Shown piece by piece: positions 1 to 10,993 of a stretch of DNA of 64,000 nucleotides. Numbering within the stretch: position 1 is the stretch's first letter; every line of letters starts with the position of its first letter. The position numbers and the translations under genes were made by a program. The notes below the pieces were generated by a model. The model saw only the letters and a program-made list of their open reading frames with translations, had not been told where the DNA came from and did no database searches. This stretch comes from an uncultured Thiomicrospira sp. (GTDB lineage Bacteria > Pseudomonadota > Gammaproteobacteria > CAKMZV01), in assembly GCA_965195345.1 (NCBI GenBank), contig OZ239628.1:672001-736000 (forward strand), read 5' to 3'.

Positions 1-470
1 TCGTAGTTGGGTTGATCGTCTGGATGAGGTAGATCACCATAAACTTCATCCGTTGAAACATGATGGAAACGAAAATTAGCTTGCTTATCACCTTCTAACT
101 GATCCCAATATATCCGTGCTTGTTCTAATAGAGTATGTGTGCCGACAATATTAGTTTGGATGAAAACGCTGGAGTTATTTATTGAACGATCAACATGTGA
201 CTCTGCTGCCAAATGCATTATCAGGTTGGGTTGGTACTTTTTGAATACCCTTTGTAAAGCGTGTGCGTCACAAATATCTATTTGCTCAAAAGCATAACGA
301 GCATTATTTTTTACGGATTCTATAGAATCTAAATGACCTGCATAAGTTAATTTATCAACGTTAACAACTGCATAGTTAGTGTCATGGATTAAATGTCGCA
401 CGAGAGCAGAACCTATAAATCCTGCGCCACCAGTTACTAATATAGTTGATTTTGGATTGCTACTATTCAT
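1..470 (-). CDS. rfbB: dTDP-glucose 4,6-dehydratase (5' part; runs off the window edge)
   Basis: Manual translation from ATG at 470: [28 protein letters not shown]...VDKLTYAG...[12 protein letters not shown]...[13 protein letters not shown], which are RmlB/RfbB motifs. Not in the ORF track because it is truncated. Confidence 0.93.
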   Translation of the reverse strand, partial: MNSSNPKSTILVTGGAGFIGSALVRHLIHDTNYAVVNVDKLTYAGHLDSIESVKNNARYAFEQIDICDAHALQRVFKKYQPNLIMHLAAESHVDRSINNSSVFIQTNIVGTHTLLEQARIYWDQLEGDKQANFRFHHVSTDEVYGDLPHPDDQPNY

Positions 471-550
471 TTCTTAATAGGCTCTTTTCAATAGACTCGA
501 ACCGTTTAACGGTGGTATTAGATGACAACTCTTGGAAAACACAAGTAGAT

Positions 551-1573
551 CTAAAGGGAATAATAATTTTTGAACCACTCGACAAAGTTTTTAACACCTA
601 ACTCAACCGTGGTAGAAGGTTTGTAACCCGTTGCTTTTTCTAAAGCAGAGGTGTCTGCATAAGAATTAGGGACATCACCCGGTTGTAAGGGTAAGAGATT
701 TTTTATAGCACGCTTTCCTACTTCATTTTCAATCGCTTCGATGTAGGCGATTAGATTTACGGGATTATTGTTCCCTATGTTGTACAGACGGAAAGGAGCA
801 TTGCTTGTTGATGGGTTAGGCGCATCGCTATTCCATTTAGGGTCTGAAGTTGCTACAAGGTCGCTGCTTCGTATGACGCCTTCTACAATATCATCAATGT
901 ATGTGAAATCACGTAAATGATGACCATTATTATGCACATTGATTGGTTTCCCTTCAAGGATGTTTTTGGTAAACAAGAATAACGCCATGTCTGGGCGTCC
1001 CCATGGGCCGTAAACGGTAAAGAAACGCAAACCTGTGCTGGGTAGCTTAAATAAGTTAGCATAGCTATGTGCCATCAGTTCATTGGATCTTTTGGTTGCC
1101 GCATACAGTTGTAGAGGGTGATTAACTCCATGTTGCTCACTAAAAGGCATTGTTGTATTCGCCCCATAAACACTGCTCGAACTAGCATAAGTCAAATGCT
1201 CAATATCAAAATGCCTGCAGGCTTCTAAAATATTAATGAATCCATTAATATTACTTTCAATATATGAGTGAGGATGCGTAATTGAATGCCTAACACCCGC
1301 TTGTGCCGCTAAATGAATGACGCGATCAAATTTTTGCTCTGAGAAAGATTTATTGACAAGTGCTTGATCGGCTAAATTCCCTTTTATGAATTCGTAGTGA
1401 CCTTCTGAGATTTGTGCAAAACTTTCTAAGTCTTGCAAACGTGCTTCTTTGAGATTCACATCATAATAATCATTAACACTATCGAAACCAACAACTTCAT
1501 CGCCTCTTTTTAAAAGCGTTTTAGCAACATGATAGCCGATAAAACCAGCGGTTCCAGTAACGAGAATTTTCAT
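551..1573 (-). CDS. UDP-glucuronate 4-epimerase-like NAD-dependent epimerase
   Basis: [36 protein letters not shown] and LQPGDV motifs of the Uge/CapI family. Confidence 0.9.
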   Translation of the reverse strand: MKILVTGTAGFIGYHVAKTLLKRGDEVVGFDSVNDYYDVNLKEARLQDLESFAQISEGHYEFIKGNLADQALVNKSFSEQKFDRVIHLAAQAGVRHSITHPHSYIESNINGFINILEACRHFDIEHLTYASSSSVYGANTTMPFSEQHGVNHPLQLYAATKRSNELMAHSYANLFKLPSTGLRFFTVYGPWGRPDMALFLFTKNILEGKPINVHNNGHHLRDFTYIDDIVEGVIRSSDLVATSDPKWNSDAPNPSTSNAPFRLYNIGNNNPVNLIAYIEAIENEVGKRAIKNLLPLQPGDVPNSYADTSALEKATGYKPSTTVELGVKNFVEWFKNYYSL

Positions 1574-1649
1574 ATGAGGGTATCCCTATCTATTTGTTTT
1601 TAGCTGAGTATGCGAAGAAACGAGTTAATGCACGTTGTCTATTTTTTAG

Positions 1650-2741
1650 CTAGTGTGCGCCTTTGTTTTCAGCTACACAATTGTAATAGTTCTCTATATC
1701 TATAATCAGTTTATTTTTATCGGCATGCTTTTTGACGAGATCAAGCGCATTACTTCCCATTTCGTATAATTTTTCTGGATTGCTCAACATTTTTATAGCT
1801 TTGTCGGCTAACATTTTTTCATCAGAAATAGAGAAAACATCTCCAGAAAATTCATGCTTCGCCCATTGAGGATTGTCGCCAAAATCGGTTGTTAAAATGG
1901 CTGTTCCGCATGCCATAGCTTCTAACATCGCATTACTTATACCGTCTGATTTTGCAGTGGAAACATATAACCATGCCGATGACATGAGTTCTGCTGTTTT
2001 TTGTTGAGAGACTTCACCCACAAAGGTGACGTTTTTTTCGACTTTTAAATCTATAACCATCTGTTCCAACATCATTCTTTGCGGTCCGTCACCGGCAATA
2101 ATAAATTGCGCATTCTGGAATTTGGTTAATATAAAGGGAACGGCTTTTATTAAGGTTTCAACATCATAAATTGGTTCTAAACTTCGCACACTCAATAAAG
2201 TTGGTTGTTTCTGTGTAGCACGGCATGGGGAAAAAAGGTTTAAATCAATGCCTCTCAAAATGACGCGCACCTTGTTCATGTCGATTTTCATCTTCATTAA
2301 TGGCTCTTTTAGATGCTCTGAAGTAATCAATATAGAGTGCGCTTTTTTCAAAGATTGTTGTGATAAAAGACGGAAAAGAAAATTTTTCCGAAATCGAAAT
2401 AAATCACAACCCATTGGATTTACTATGATTGGAATACCTTTGCTAAAAAAGCATGCCACATGCGCATGATAACCTACCCAAAAAACATGAAGTAAGTCAT
2501 ATTTTTTAAGCGCAAGTGTTTTTTTTATTAGTCGAACGAATTTGATGTAATTGATTACCTGTCCAATCATCCCACTCCATTCCGCCTTTTCAAACAATCC
2601 TATTTGATGTGTCTCTTGTGGTAGATCTATATTACCTGCTCCTAATTGCAAGTAATCCACCTCCAATTTTTTTTTATCTAATCGGTGAACTAATCGGCTT
2701 ATATGAATGCTGGGTGCTCCAATTATTAAAATTTTTTTCAT
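1650..2741 (-). CDS. glycosyltransferase family 4
   Basis: C-terminal GT-B features (AGDGP, SDGISNAMLEAMACG). Lies inside the polysaccharide cluster and overlaps the upstream gene by 4 bp. Confidence 0.85.
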   Translation of the reverse strand: MKKILIIGAPSIHISRLVHRLDKKKLEVDYLQLGAGNIDLPQETHQIGLFEKAEWSGMIGQVINYIKFVRLIKKTLALKKYDLLHVFWVGYHAHVACFFSKGIPIIVNPMGCDLFRFRKNFLFRLLSQQSLKKAHSILITSEHLKEPLMKMKIDMNKVRVILRGIDLNLFSPCRATQKQPTLLSVRSLEPIYDVETLIKAVPFILTKFQNAQFIIAGDGPQRMMLEQMVIDLKVEKNVTFVGEVSQQKTAELMSSAWLYVSTAKSDGISNAMLEAMACGTAILTTDFGDNPQWAKHEFSGDVFSISDEKMLADKAIKMLSNPEKLYEMGSNALDLVKKHADKNKLIIDIENYYNCVAENKGAH

Positions 2742-4654
2742 TTTTTTACAGCTTCATTAGATCGTCGGTTGTACCATTTTTGGAACATGCTTAAAGTCCA
2801 TATGTGTTCCCCCCAGCTTTGTCCACGCAAGTGCAGTTTCCACAACCTATTGACATTTTCGCCATCTAAATAAGGATTGTCCTGCATCTCCTTTACCAAA
2901 GTAGTTATTCTCTCTCTCAAGGGGCCACGCAACCATTCATCAACGGGAATGCCAAAGCCTTGTTTCTCTCTTTCTAGCAGATGGGAGGGAATGAATTTAT
3001 GCGCCAATTTTCGAAAAATCCATTTTCCATTATTGTGTTTTAATTTAAGGTTTGAATCTATTTGCCATGCCAGTTCAACCATTCGTCGGTCAAGCAGAGG
3101 AATGCGTACTTCTAAGCTATGGTGCATTGCAGCTCTATCTACTTTAGTCAGAATGTCTCCGGGTAAATAACTTAGTTGATCATATAACAAAAAACGCTCT
3201 AACGTGTTGAGCGTTCCGTTTGTTTTATTGACACGACGTTCGGCAAAAGATTCTTCATACTGTGCGTTATTAGCTTTTACGATACTGTTTTTTAATGCAA
3301 AGTGTGAGAAATATTGTGAACGGATGGTGGTGAAATTCTTGATGGAATTGTCTGTACCCACTAGCTCTAAAATTTTAGCAAATTTGTTTATTTTTTTAGA
3401 ATACAAATGTCGAGATAGAGGTTTAGACCATTTATGGATTCCTTTGATGTGAAAAGGAATGAACTGTAAAGATCGGATTGCAGTAGGGTATCTAGGATAG
3501 CCTGCAAAAAGCTCATCGCCTCCATCACCAGAGAGACTCACAGTAACCTGTTCACGCGCGCACTGAGATAGCAAAAGCGTTGGTAATTGTGAGGAGTCTG
3601 CAAACGGTTCGTCGTATACGGAATCGAGTGTATCAAACAAGCCAATGGCATCTTCAATACTGAGTATTCTCTCATGATGATCGGTTTTTAAATAATCAGC
3701 AACCTTACGAGCATGTTCTGCCTCATTGAATTCATCTTCTTTAAATCCAATAGAAAAAGTTTTCACTTGTGATTGCGATATTTTTTGCATGAAAGCAACA
3801 ACTACCGATGAATCATATCCGCCAGATAGAAAAGATCCAATAGGTACATCAGAGATCATCTGTTCAGCAATGACTTCTTCGAGTGTTTTCTCTAAACGGA
3901 TTAAAGCCGTATTTGCATCCGTTATGATGGCATTTTTACGCGTGAGGATTTTATCCAGTTCAGTCCAATAATAGCAAGGTTCGATGTTCTTTTTCTGTTT
4001 TAAATTTTCATACGTCCATTCGATAAAATGAGCAGGGGGCAGGTTCTTAATTCCGTTGTATATGGATTTATCAGTCGGAACATTGCAAAACTCTAAATAT
4101 TCAGAGAGTGCCATTGTATCGATGCTTGCTTGCCAATTAGGGTGTACACATAATGCATCAAGTTCTGAAGCAAATAGCAAAGCGTTGCCTTGCCAACCGT
4201 AATACAACGGTTTTTCTCCCATACGATCGCGCGCCAAAATCAATTTTTTTTCTGATGTGTCCCATATAGCAAAAGCAAACATGCCAGAAACCAGTTCTAA
4301 GGATTTTCTAATGCCATAATATGCGATACATTCCACAAGAACTTCAACATCTGAGGTTGTTTTCCATTTAATAGATGTTTTTTCAGCAAGCTTTTTCTTC
4401 AGTGTTTTGAAATTATAAATCTCACCATTAAAGATAATGACCCAGCGACCACATTGAGAGAACATTGGTTGGTTAGAGCGACTTTCAGGGTCAATAACTG
4501 CCAAGCGACGATGACCGAAAGCCACACTATTGTCTAACCATGATCCGCCCGAATCGGGCCCGCGATGAACAAGAGCATCCATCATAGAATTGATGGTTTT
4601 ACTCCTCAAGTTTGAATCAGTGTTCTCCTGAAAAAAACCTACTAACCCACACAT
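2738..4654 (-). CDS. asnB: asparagine synthase (glutamine-hydrolysing) family amidotransferase, polysaccharide-associated
   Basis: MCGLVG N-terminal nucleophile, HRGPD, GHRRLAVID, FNGEIYN, LSGGYDSS, SGDGGDELFAGY. Confidence 0.9.
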   Translation of the reverse strand: MCGLVGFFQENTDSNLRSKTINSMMDALVHRGPDSGGSWLDNSVAFGHRRLAVIDPESRSNQPMFSQCGRWVIIFNGEIYNFKTLKKKLAEKTSIKWKTTSDVEVLVECIAYYGIRKSLELVSGMFAFAIWDTSEKKLILARDRMGEKPLYYGWQGNALLFASELDALCVHPNWQASIDTMALSEYLEFCNVPTDKSIYNGIKNLPPAHFIEWTYENLKQKKNIEPCYYWTELDKILTRKNAIITDANTALIRLEKTLEEVIAEQMISDVPIGSFLSGGYDSSVVVAFMQKISQSQVKTFSIGFKEDEFNEAEHARKVADYLKTDHHERILSIEDAIGLFDTLDSVYDEPFADSSQLPTLLLSQCAREQVTVSLSGDGGDELFAGYPRYPTAIRSLQFIPFHIKGIHKWSKPLSRHLYSKKINKFAKILELVGTDNSIKNFTTIRSQYFSHFALKNSIVKANNAQYEESFAERRVNKTNGTLNTLERFLLYDQLSYLPGDILTKVDRAAMHHSLEVRIPLLDRRMVELAWQIDSNLKLKHNNGKWIFRKLAHKFIPSHLLEREKQGFGIPVDEWLRGPLRERITTLVKEMQDNPYLDGENVNRLWKLHLRGQSWGEHIWTLSMFQKWYNRRSNEAVKK

Positions 4655-4944
4655 TCTCTCCTCCCTTTATAAGTTGGGAAAAATCCAAATTTTGAGAGGA
4701 AGTACATCAATGCGTTATTTGAGTCAAATTAGTCAGATTTAAAATGTTTTTGAAAGGCTGGTCACAATGCTTTAATTGCTGCTTCTATCTGCCTTTACTT
4801 AAGGGCAATCAAACAAAAGATATTATAGCCATTAGTTGAATTATCCACTATAGCATAACAGTCGACATGCTTTTCTGATGAGCTACGTGTTATTATGAAA
4901 TCCTGTTTTTCATATAATATTATGCTTTTTATAGCAGATTTAGC

Positions 4945-4968
4945 AAGCGATTTTAAAATTAATCGCTT
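4945..4968. promoter_or_regulatory. inverted repeat, possible operator upstream of the TRAP operon
   Basis: AAGCGATT-N8-AATCGCTT about 60 bp before the dctP start, in a divergent intergenic region. Confidence 0.3.
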
Positions 4969-5028
4969 TTATAAAGTCATTAAAGTATACTGTTTCTTTT
5001 TCAAAGAGTTAATGATGAGAGGTTAGAT

Positions 5029-6105
5029 ATGAAACTATTGAGGTTATTGAAAAGAATGCGTTATATTTTTTTGCTATCTTGCGTTTTTTCTATGATGGCA
5101 CCTGCTGTACTAGCTAAGAAAGTATTGCTGAAAACGCCTGTAGTCTTTCCTACATCACTGCCAGCCTTGGGCTCGCCTATATTGGAAGTGGCTAGAAAAT
5201 TAAATGCCATTTCAGGTGGTGATATAAAGATGAAGATTTATGAACCCAAGAAGCTCGTTGCGCCCTTCGAAATTCTTGATGCGGTGTCTAAAAACAAGAT
5301 TAATTCAGGTTATTCTATTGCTGGATACTGGACGGGGAAAATCCCCGCTGCTCCATTGTTCTCAGCTGTTCCTTTTGGTCCAGAGGCAGGTGAGTATATG
5401 GCGTGGATGTATCATGGTGGTGGGCTTGAACTGTATCAAGAAATGTATGATACATATGGCTATAACGTAAAAGTAATTCCTTGCGCGATCATTCCACCAG
5501 AGACGTCTGGTTGGTTTGGCAAAGAAATCAACTCGACGAAGGATCTTGAGGGTCTAAAAATGCGCTTCTTTGGGTTGGGCGGTAAAGTAATGCAAAAATT
5601 AGGCGTGTCGACATCTTTATTGCCAGGGGCTGAAATTTTTCCAGCTTTGGAAAAAGGTGCCATTGATGCGACTGAGTTTTCTTTACCTGCTGTAGATAAA
5701 AGACTGGGTTTTCACAAATTGGTTAAACATAATTATTTTCCCGGCTGGCATCAGCAAACGACACTAGCAGAATTATTGATAAACAAAAGCGTATGGAAGT
5801 CAATGGACACACGTCAGCAAACTATAATTACTACAGTTTGTGAGGCAAGTTTAATGCGTTCCTATGCGGAAGGAGAAGCAGGACAGTTTGAAGCGATGCA
5901 AGAGAATGTGAATAAAAATGGTGTTACTTTGCATTATTGGTCGGATGAGATGCTTGATGCTTTCCGTGCAGCATGGAAAGATGTATTGAAAGAGCAAGTA
6001 TCAAATGACAAATTCTTTGCGAAAGTCTGGGATAGTATGAGTTCTTTCCACGATGGGTACAGTGTCTGGCAAAAATACGGATTCTTACCTCGCAAAGCAA
6101 ATTAA
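5029..6105 (+). CDS. TRAP transporter substrate-binding protein (DctP, TakP-like)
   Basis: Signal peptide, AVPFG, GWF.KEI, LKMRFFGLG, ALEKGAIDATEF, YFPGWHQ. Confidence 0.9.
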   Translation: MKLLRLLKRMRYIFLLSCVFSMMAPAVLAKKVLLKTPVVFPTSLPALGSPILEVARKLNAISGGDIKMKIYEPKKLVAPFEILDAVSKNKINSGYSIAGYWTGKIPAAPLFSAVPFGPEAGEYMAWMYHGGGLELYQEMYDTYGYNVKVIPCAIIPPETSGWFGKEINSTKDLEGLKMRFFGLGGKVMQKLGVSTSLLPGAEIFPALEKGAIDATEFSLPAVDKRLGFHKLVKHNYFPGWHQQTTLAELLINKSVWKSMDTRQQTIITTVCEASLMRSYAEGEAGQFEAMQENVNKNGVTLHYWSDEMLDAFRAAWKDVLKEQVSNDKFFAKVWDSMSSFHDGYSVWQKYGFLPRKAN

Positions 6106-6177
6106 TCGGAGTGTAATAGATAAAATACAGTGGGTAATATAACATTGCTCACTGCTCTTAAAGCGCATGAATAGCAC

Positions 6178-6681
6178 ATGAAAAGAGTAAGTGATTGGCT
6201 TGACCAATTGATAGTCAAAACGTGTCTGATTGGAGCGGTCTTAATCCCTGTATTGATGGGGGTCATTGTTTTGCAGGTCGTGTTGCGTTATGGTTTTTCA
6301 TCGGGTATAGCCGCATTAGAAGAGTTGCAGTGGCATTTATATGGTGCTGCCATCATGATGGGTTTGTCTTACTCACATATAAAAAAATCGATGATACGCG
6401 TTGATTTGATTTATTCCAAATTAAGTATGCGTAAAAAAGCAATCATTGATGTGACGGGAACAATCGTATTGTTGATCCCATTTTTGTTTGTGGTGCTTGA
6501 TCATTCAATTGAGTTTTTCCATGATTCTTGGCGACTTAATGAGCGATCTGATTCACCAGAAGGTCTTCCTTTTCGCTGGATTATTAAAGGTGTTATGCCC
6601 GTCAGTATTATGCTACTGATCTTGGCAAGCGTTTCCAGTGTATTGAGAGATTTCAGCTATCTGAGAAATAATGGAAATTAA
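6178..6681 (+). CDS. TRAP transporter small permease (DctQ)
   Basis: Four TM segments, VVLRY, EELQWHL, IRVDL. Lies between DctP and DctM. Confidence 0.9.
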   Translation: MKRVSDWLDQLIVKTCLIGAVLIPVLMGVIVLQVVLRYGFSSGIAALEELQWHLYGAAIMMGLSYSHIKKSMIRVDLIYSKLSMRKKAIIDVTGTIVLLIPFLFVVLDHSIEFFHDSWRLNERSDSPEGLPFRWIIKGVMPVSIMLLILASVSSVLRDFSYLRNNGN

Positions 6682-8056
6682 CGAAATTTTAGTGTTGCTT
6701 ATATTTGTAAGCTTCATTATCTTACTTTTAACGGGATTTCCTGTAGCTTATATTCTGGGAGGATTATCTGTCATTTTCACCATATTAGGTTTTTTGTCTG
6801 ATACCTATTTTGATACGCTAACAGGGCTGGACTACACGACGCTTGGTTTGGTGGTAAACCGCATCTATAAAATTATGGATAACTGGGTGCTGGTTGCTCT
6901 GCCGATGTTTATATTTATGGGATGCATGCTTGATACATCTGGTGTTGCTGAACGAATGATGCTGGCAACACAGAAGGTTTTTGGAAACTTAAGGGGCGGG
7001 CTAACTCTCACGGTAGTTTTCATTGGTATTATTTTGGCAGCTTCAACTGGAATTATTGGGGCATCTGTGGTGCTTTTGGGTCTACTTTCACTGCCCGCTA
7101 TGCTCAAGCAAAAATGCAATCCTTCAGTTGCACTTGGAACGATTGCTAGCGCTGGAACGCTCGGTATACTACTTCCACCAAGCATTATGCTAGTCATAAT
7201 GGGGGATCAATTAGCGCTGTCGGTAGGTGATTTATTTATGGGAGCAGTATTTCCGGGATTGTTGATAGGATCTTTATATATTATTTATCTCATATTTCTT
7301 GGAATTATTAAACCTGAATTGTTGCCCATTCCTAAATCGCAAGGGAAAGTCAATCTGGCGATTGTTTTAGAGTTCATACAATCAGCAATGCCTCCAATAC
7401 TATTAATATTATTGGTTCTAGGGTCGATATTTGCTGGGATAGCAACCCCTACAGAAGCCAGTGGGCTTGGAGCGTTGGCGGCAACTTTGATGGCATTGGC
7501 GAATCGCAAACTGAATTGGAAGCAATTTAAAAAAGTCACATTCGATACTTTTAATACTACCGCCTATATATTTATGATTTTTATAGGAGCAACGTGCTTT
7601 GCTTTAGTGGTACGTGAATTGGGTGGCGATGAGTTGATTTCATCAGGATTAACCGCTTTACCTTTTGGCGACTATGGCATTATCATAGCAATATTGCTAT
7701 TCGTTTTTCTTCTCGGTTTTTTACTTGATTGGATAGAAATTACTTTGATTTTTCTGCCGCTACTTGCACCAATTATTGCTGAGTTAAATATTCCTATAGA
7801 TGGGTACGGGGTGGTTGATAATCCAGAGCTTATATGGATGGTTATGCTAATTGCAGTGACGCTACAAACTTCTTTTTTAACGCCTCCAGTGGGTTTTGCT
7901 ATTTTTTACCTAAAAGGTGTTTGTCCGCCACAAATAGAACTTAAACAAATATACAAAGGCGTTATTCCTTTTGTTATCTTGCAAATTATTGGTTTGATTT
8001 TTGTGTTTTTATTTCCCCAGCTGGTGCTATATCTGCCCTCTGTTGCTTATCAATAA
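6671..8056 (+). CDS. TRAP transporter large permease (DctM)
   Basis: ALPMFIFMG, GTLGILLPPS, GIATPTEA, SFLTPPVG. Confidence 0.92.
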   Translation: MEINEILVLLIFVSFIILLLTGFPVAYILGGLSVIFTILGFLSDTYFDTLTGLDYTTLGLVVNRIYKIMDNWVLVALPMFIFMGCMLDTSGVAERMMLATQKVFGNLRGGLTLTVVFIGIILAASTGIIGASVVLLGLLSLPAMLKQKCNPSVALGTIASAGTLGILLPPSIMLVIMGDQLALSVGDLFMGAVFPGLLIGSLYIIYLIFLGIIKPELLPIPKSQGKVNLAIVLEFIQSAMPPILLILLVLGSIFAGIATPTEASGLGALAATLMALANRKLNWKQFKKVTFDTFNTTAYIFMIFIGATCFALVVRELGGDELISSGLTALPFGDYGIIIAILLFVFLLGFLLDWIEITLIFLPLLAPIIAELNIPIDGYGVVDNPELIWMVMLIAVTLQTSFLTPPVGFAIFYLKGVCPPQIELKQIYKGVIPFVILQIIGLIFVFLFPQLVLYLPSVAYQ

Positions 8057-8160
8057 TTTAATCCCATAATGTATTGTTGTGCACACTCTTATTGAGCAAT
8101 GATACTGTTTGGTGGACTAAAAAGCCCCCTAAAGTACCATTGCTCGAGCATATACTCCAA

Positions 8161-10035
8161 TTATGTCAGCTTGCTTAGCAAATTGTTCAAACGTGTGACG
8201 AACAAACCAGGCTCACTTAATTGTGCCCCTTCAGCCAGAAGAGCTTGATCCAACAACACATTGGCCCAGTCTTTAAAGGAGTCATCGCCAGTATGTTCAG
8301 ACATATATTGCAACAAGTTATGTTCAGGGTTAATTTCTAAAATGGGTTTAATCTCACTCATTTCTTGTCCCATTTGCTTCAACATTTGTTGCATGTGATG
8401 ACTCATTTCACCACTTTCAGAAATAACACATGCAGGATATTGTCGAAGCCGTTTTGAAATTTGAACTTTTTTAACTCTATCGTTTAAAGATTCGGAAATA
8501 GCATCCAACAATCCTTGGTGCGCTTCATTGGCAGCGTCATTTTCCTTGTCTCCATCTTCTCCTTCTTGATCCTCTTTCTTTTCACCGGGTAGCTGAAGAT
8601 TAGCTTGATTTATAGAAACTAATGTTTTTCCTTCAAACTCGGTCAAATGAGAAGTGAGCCACTCATCAATTTTATCGCTCAATAAAAGGACATCAATATT
8701 ACGTTCTTTAAAAATATCAAGGTGTGGACTTCCCTTGGCAGCCGACAAAGATTCAGCGCACAAGTAGTAGATTGTATCTTGTTCTTCAATCATGTTTTCA
8801 ACGTACGATGCCAATGATAACTCAGAGTGTTGAACACTATCAAAACGCAGTATTTTGGCGATTTTTTGTTTGTTGTCAGCATCTTCTACAATGCCTTCTT
8901 TGAGTACCTTGCCAAATTCTGATATCAATTTTTTAAAGTCTTCTGGTTTGTTTTTTGCTAAGGATTCTATAGTATCAAGGACTTTTTTTACTATGCCTGC
9001 GCGGATGCGCTTGATGACACGATTGTCTTGCAGTATTTCACGAGAAACGTTTAGGGGTAAATCAGGACAGTCAACAATACCGCGAACAAAACGCAGATAG
9101 TTTGGCAAAAGATGCTCGGTGTCTTCCATGATAAATACGCGCTTAATATAGAGTTTCAAACCTTGGCGACGTTCGCGCTCATACAAATCAAACTGAGCAT
9201 GTTTAGGGATAAAGAGCAATGAAGTATATTCGGTAGTTCCTTCAACATGGTTGTGTGTCCAGACGAGGGGGTCGTCCCAGTCGGTCGCAACCATTTTGTA
9301 AAAAGATTGATAGTCTTCTTCCTTTATTTTTTTAGGGTTTTGAGTCCATAATGCATCAGCCTTATTGACAGTTTCCAGTGTTTTTAAATCTTCTTCTTTT
9401 TCAGGCAAACGTACAGGGAAAGTAATGTGTTCTGAATAACGATGCACCAAATTTTTAAGCGTAGATAGTTCAAGAAATTCTTTGCAATCCTCTTTCAAAG
9501 TAAGAATAATAGAAGTACCTTTACTTGCTTGGTCAATGGTTTGGATGGTAAAGTTTCCATCGCCTTTTGAGATCCAACGTACGCCGTTTTCTTTGTCATC
9601 GCCTGCGCGTCTTGTGAGTAACTCAACCTTTTCTGCAACCATAAAAGCGGAATAGAATCCCACCCCAAATTGGCCGATCAAATTAGAACTTTTGGCATCT
9701 TCTATTTTGAGATTTTCTAAAAAAGTTTTCGTTCCTGAGTTGGCGATCGTTCCTATATTGGCAATTACTTCTTTTTCGTTCATGCCAATGCCATTATCAA
9801 CAATCGTTAAAGTGTTATCCTCTTTGTTGGGAATAATTTCTATGCGCAAGTCGCTATCATTCTCATTTAAATCAGAATTTGATAGTGCTGAGAAGCGCAA
9901 TTTATCTAAAGCATCTGATCCGTTTGATATTAATTCCCGTAGAAAAATTTCACGGTTGCTGTAGAGCGAATTTATCATCAAATTTAGTAATTGGCTGACT
10001 TCGGTTTTGAAAGTATGTTTCTTTGCTTTACCCAT
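8161..10035 (-). CDS. htpG: Hsp90 chaperone HtpG
   Basis: YSNREIFLRELISNGSDA, DNGIGM, IGQFGVGFYS, DLPLNVSREILQ. Confidence 0.97.
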   Translation of the reverse strand: MGKAKKHTFKTEVSQLLNLMINSLYSNREIFLRELISNGSDALDKLRFSALSNSDLNENDSDLRIEIIPNKEDNTLTIVDNGIGMNEKEVIANIGTIANSGTKTFLENLKIEDAKSSNLIGQFGVGFYSAFMVAEKVELLTRRAGDDKENGVRWISKGDGNFTIQTIDQASKGTSIILTLKEDCKEFLELSTLKNLVHRYSEHITFPVRLPEKEEDLKTLETVNKADALWTQNPKKIKEEDYQSFYKMVATDWDDPLVWTHNHVEGTTEYTSLLFIPKHAQFDLYERERRQGLKLYIKRVFIMEDTEHLLPNYLRFVRGIVDCPDLPLNVSREILQDNRVIKRIRAGIVKKVLDTIESLAKNKPEDFKKLISEFGKVLKEGIVEDADNKQKIAKILRFDSVQHSELSLASYVENMIEEQDTIYYLCAESLSAAKGSPHLDIFKERNIDVLLLSDKIDEWLTSHLTEFEGKTLVSINQANLQLPGEKKEDQEGEDGDKENDAANEAHQGLLDAISESLNDRVKKVQISKRLRQYPACVISESGEMSHHMQQMLKQMGQEMSEIKPILEINPEHNLLQYMSEHTGDDSFKDWANVLLDQALLAEGAQLSEPGLFVTRLNNLLSKLT

Positions 10036-10138
10036 TATTGCTACTCCATCGGTTAATTCTTTTAATTGACTGTTAAAATGCTTAAGTATTATTTTTTAAA
10101 CAGGACACAATTTTTGAATCCTATTTAACTTAGTCTTA

Positions 10139-10166
10139 ATATAGGAACGATTTTTTTATCTTCAAG
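10139..10166 (-). promoter_or_regulatory. putative sigma-32 (RpoH) promoter of htpG
   Basis: The minus strand reads CTTGAA-N14-TCCTATAT (consensus CTTGAA-N13-17-CCCCATNT), about 100 bp upstream of a heat-shock gene. Confidence 0.55.
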
Positions 10167-10171
10167 TCATA

Positions 10172-10993
10172 ATGATGGTATTTCTACAACGAATTATTCC
10201 AAAACGCGCTTTAACCCGTTTAGTTGGCGCTATTGCAGTGAATCAGAATGTCTGGTTTAAAAACGCACTTATACGTATTGCTATGCGTTATTATCGAATT
10301 TCTTTGATTGAGGCTAAGATACAAGATATTAAAGAGTTTGATCATTTCAATGCGTTCTTTACCCGTGCTTTAAAACCAACAGCACGGCCTATAAATAATG
10401 AATCTAACTCTATCATTTCTCCAGCAGATGGGTTTATTAGCGAACAAGGGGATATTCAACAAGGGCAGTTATTGCAAGCAAAAGGGCGCAGTTATGAGTT
10501 GAGCGTTTTTTTAGGGAGAGATGTTGGACACTTTAAAAACGGCAGTTATTCAACGATCTATCTGTCACCAAGTGATTACCACCGAGTGCACATGCCTATT
10601 GACGGTGAGCTATTAGACGCGCGCTATATTCCTGGCACGCTTTTTGCTGTGAACCTTGCTACATGTCGAGGGATTGATAATCTTTTTGGTCGCAATGAAC
10701 GTCTTGTAGCACGATTTAAGACTGATATAGGAGAAGTTTTTGTTGTTTTTGTTGCTGCCTTAATGGTTGCAGGTATAGAAACAGTATGGCATCAGAACAA
10801 AAAAAGTATAAAAGCGCATGATCAATTATTCATGCCAGAAAAGCCATTACGTTTTTCTAAAGGCGATGAAATAGGGCGTTTTTGTTTTGGATCAACCGTA
10901 GTTTTAATAGCTCCTGAAGGGAGCTTGCAATGGAGCAATTCCTCGGATACGCCTATTAGAATGGGTGAAAAACTTGCTACTGTTCAAATATAA
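10172..10993 (+). CDS. psd: phosphatidylserine decarboxylase proenzyme
   Basis: FNAFFTR, SPADG, YLSPSDYHRVHMP, RNER, and the self-cleavage motif FGST. Confidence 0.93.
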   Translation: MMVFLQRIIPKRALTRLVGAIAVNQNVWFKNALIRIAMRYYRISLIEAKIQDIKEFDHFNAFFTRALKPTARPINNESNSIISPADGFISEQGDIQQGQLLQAKGRSYELSVFLGRDVGHFKNGSYSTIYLSPSDYHRVHMPIDGELLDARYIPGTLFAVNLATCRGIDNLFGRNERLVARFKTDIGEVFVVFVAALMVAGIETVWHQNKKSIKAHDQLFMPEKPLRFSKGDEIGRFCFGSTVVLIAPEGSLQWSNSSDTPIRMGEKLATVQI

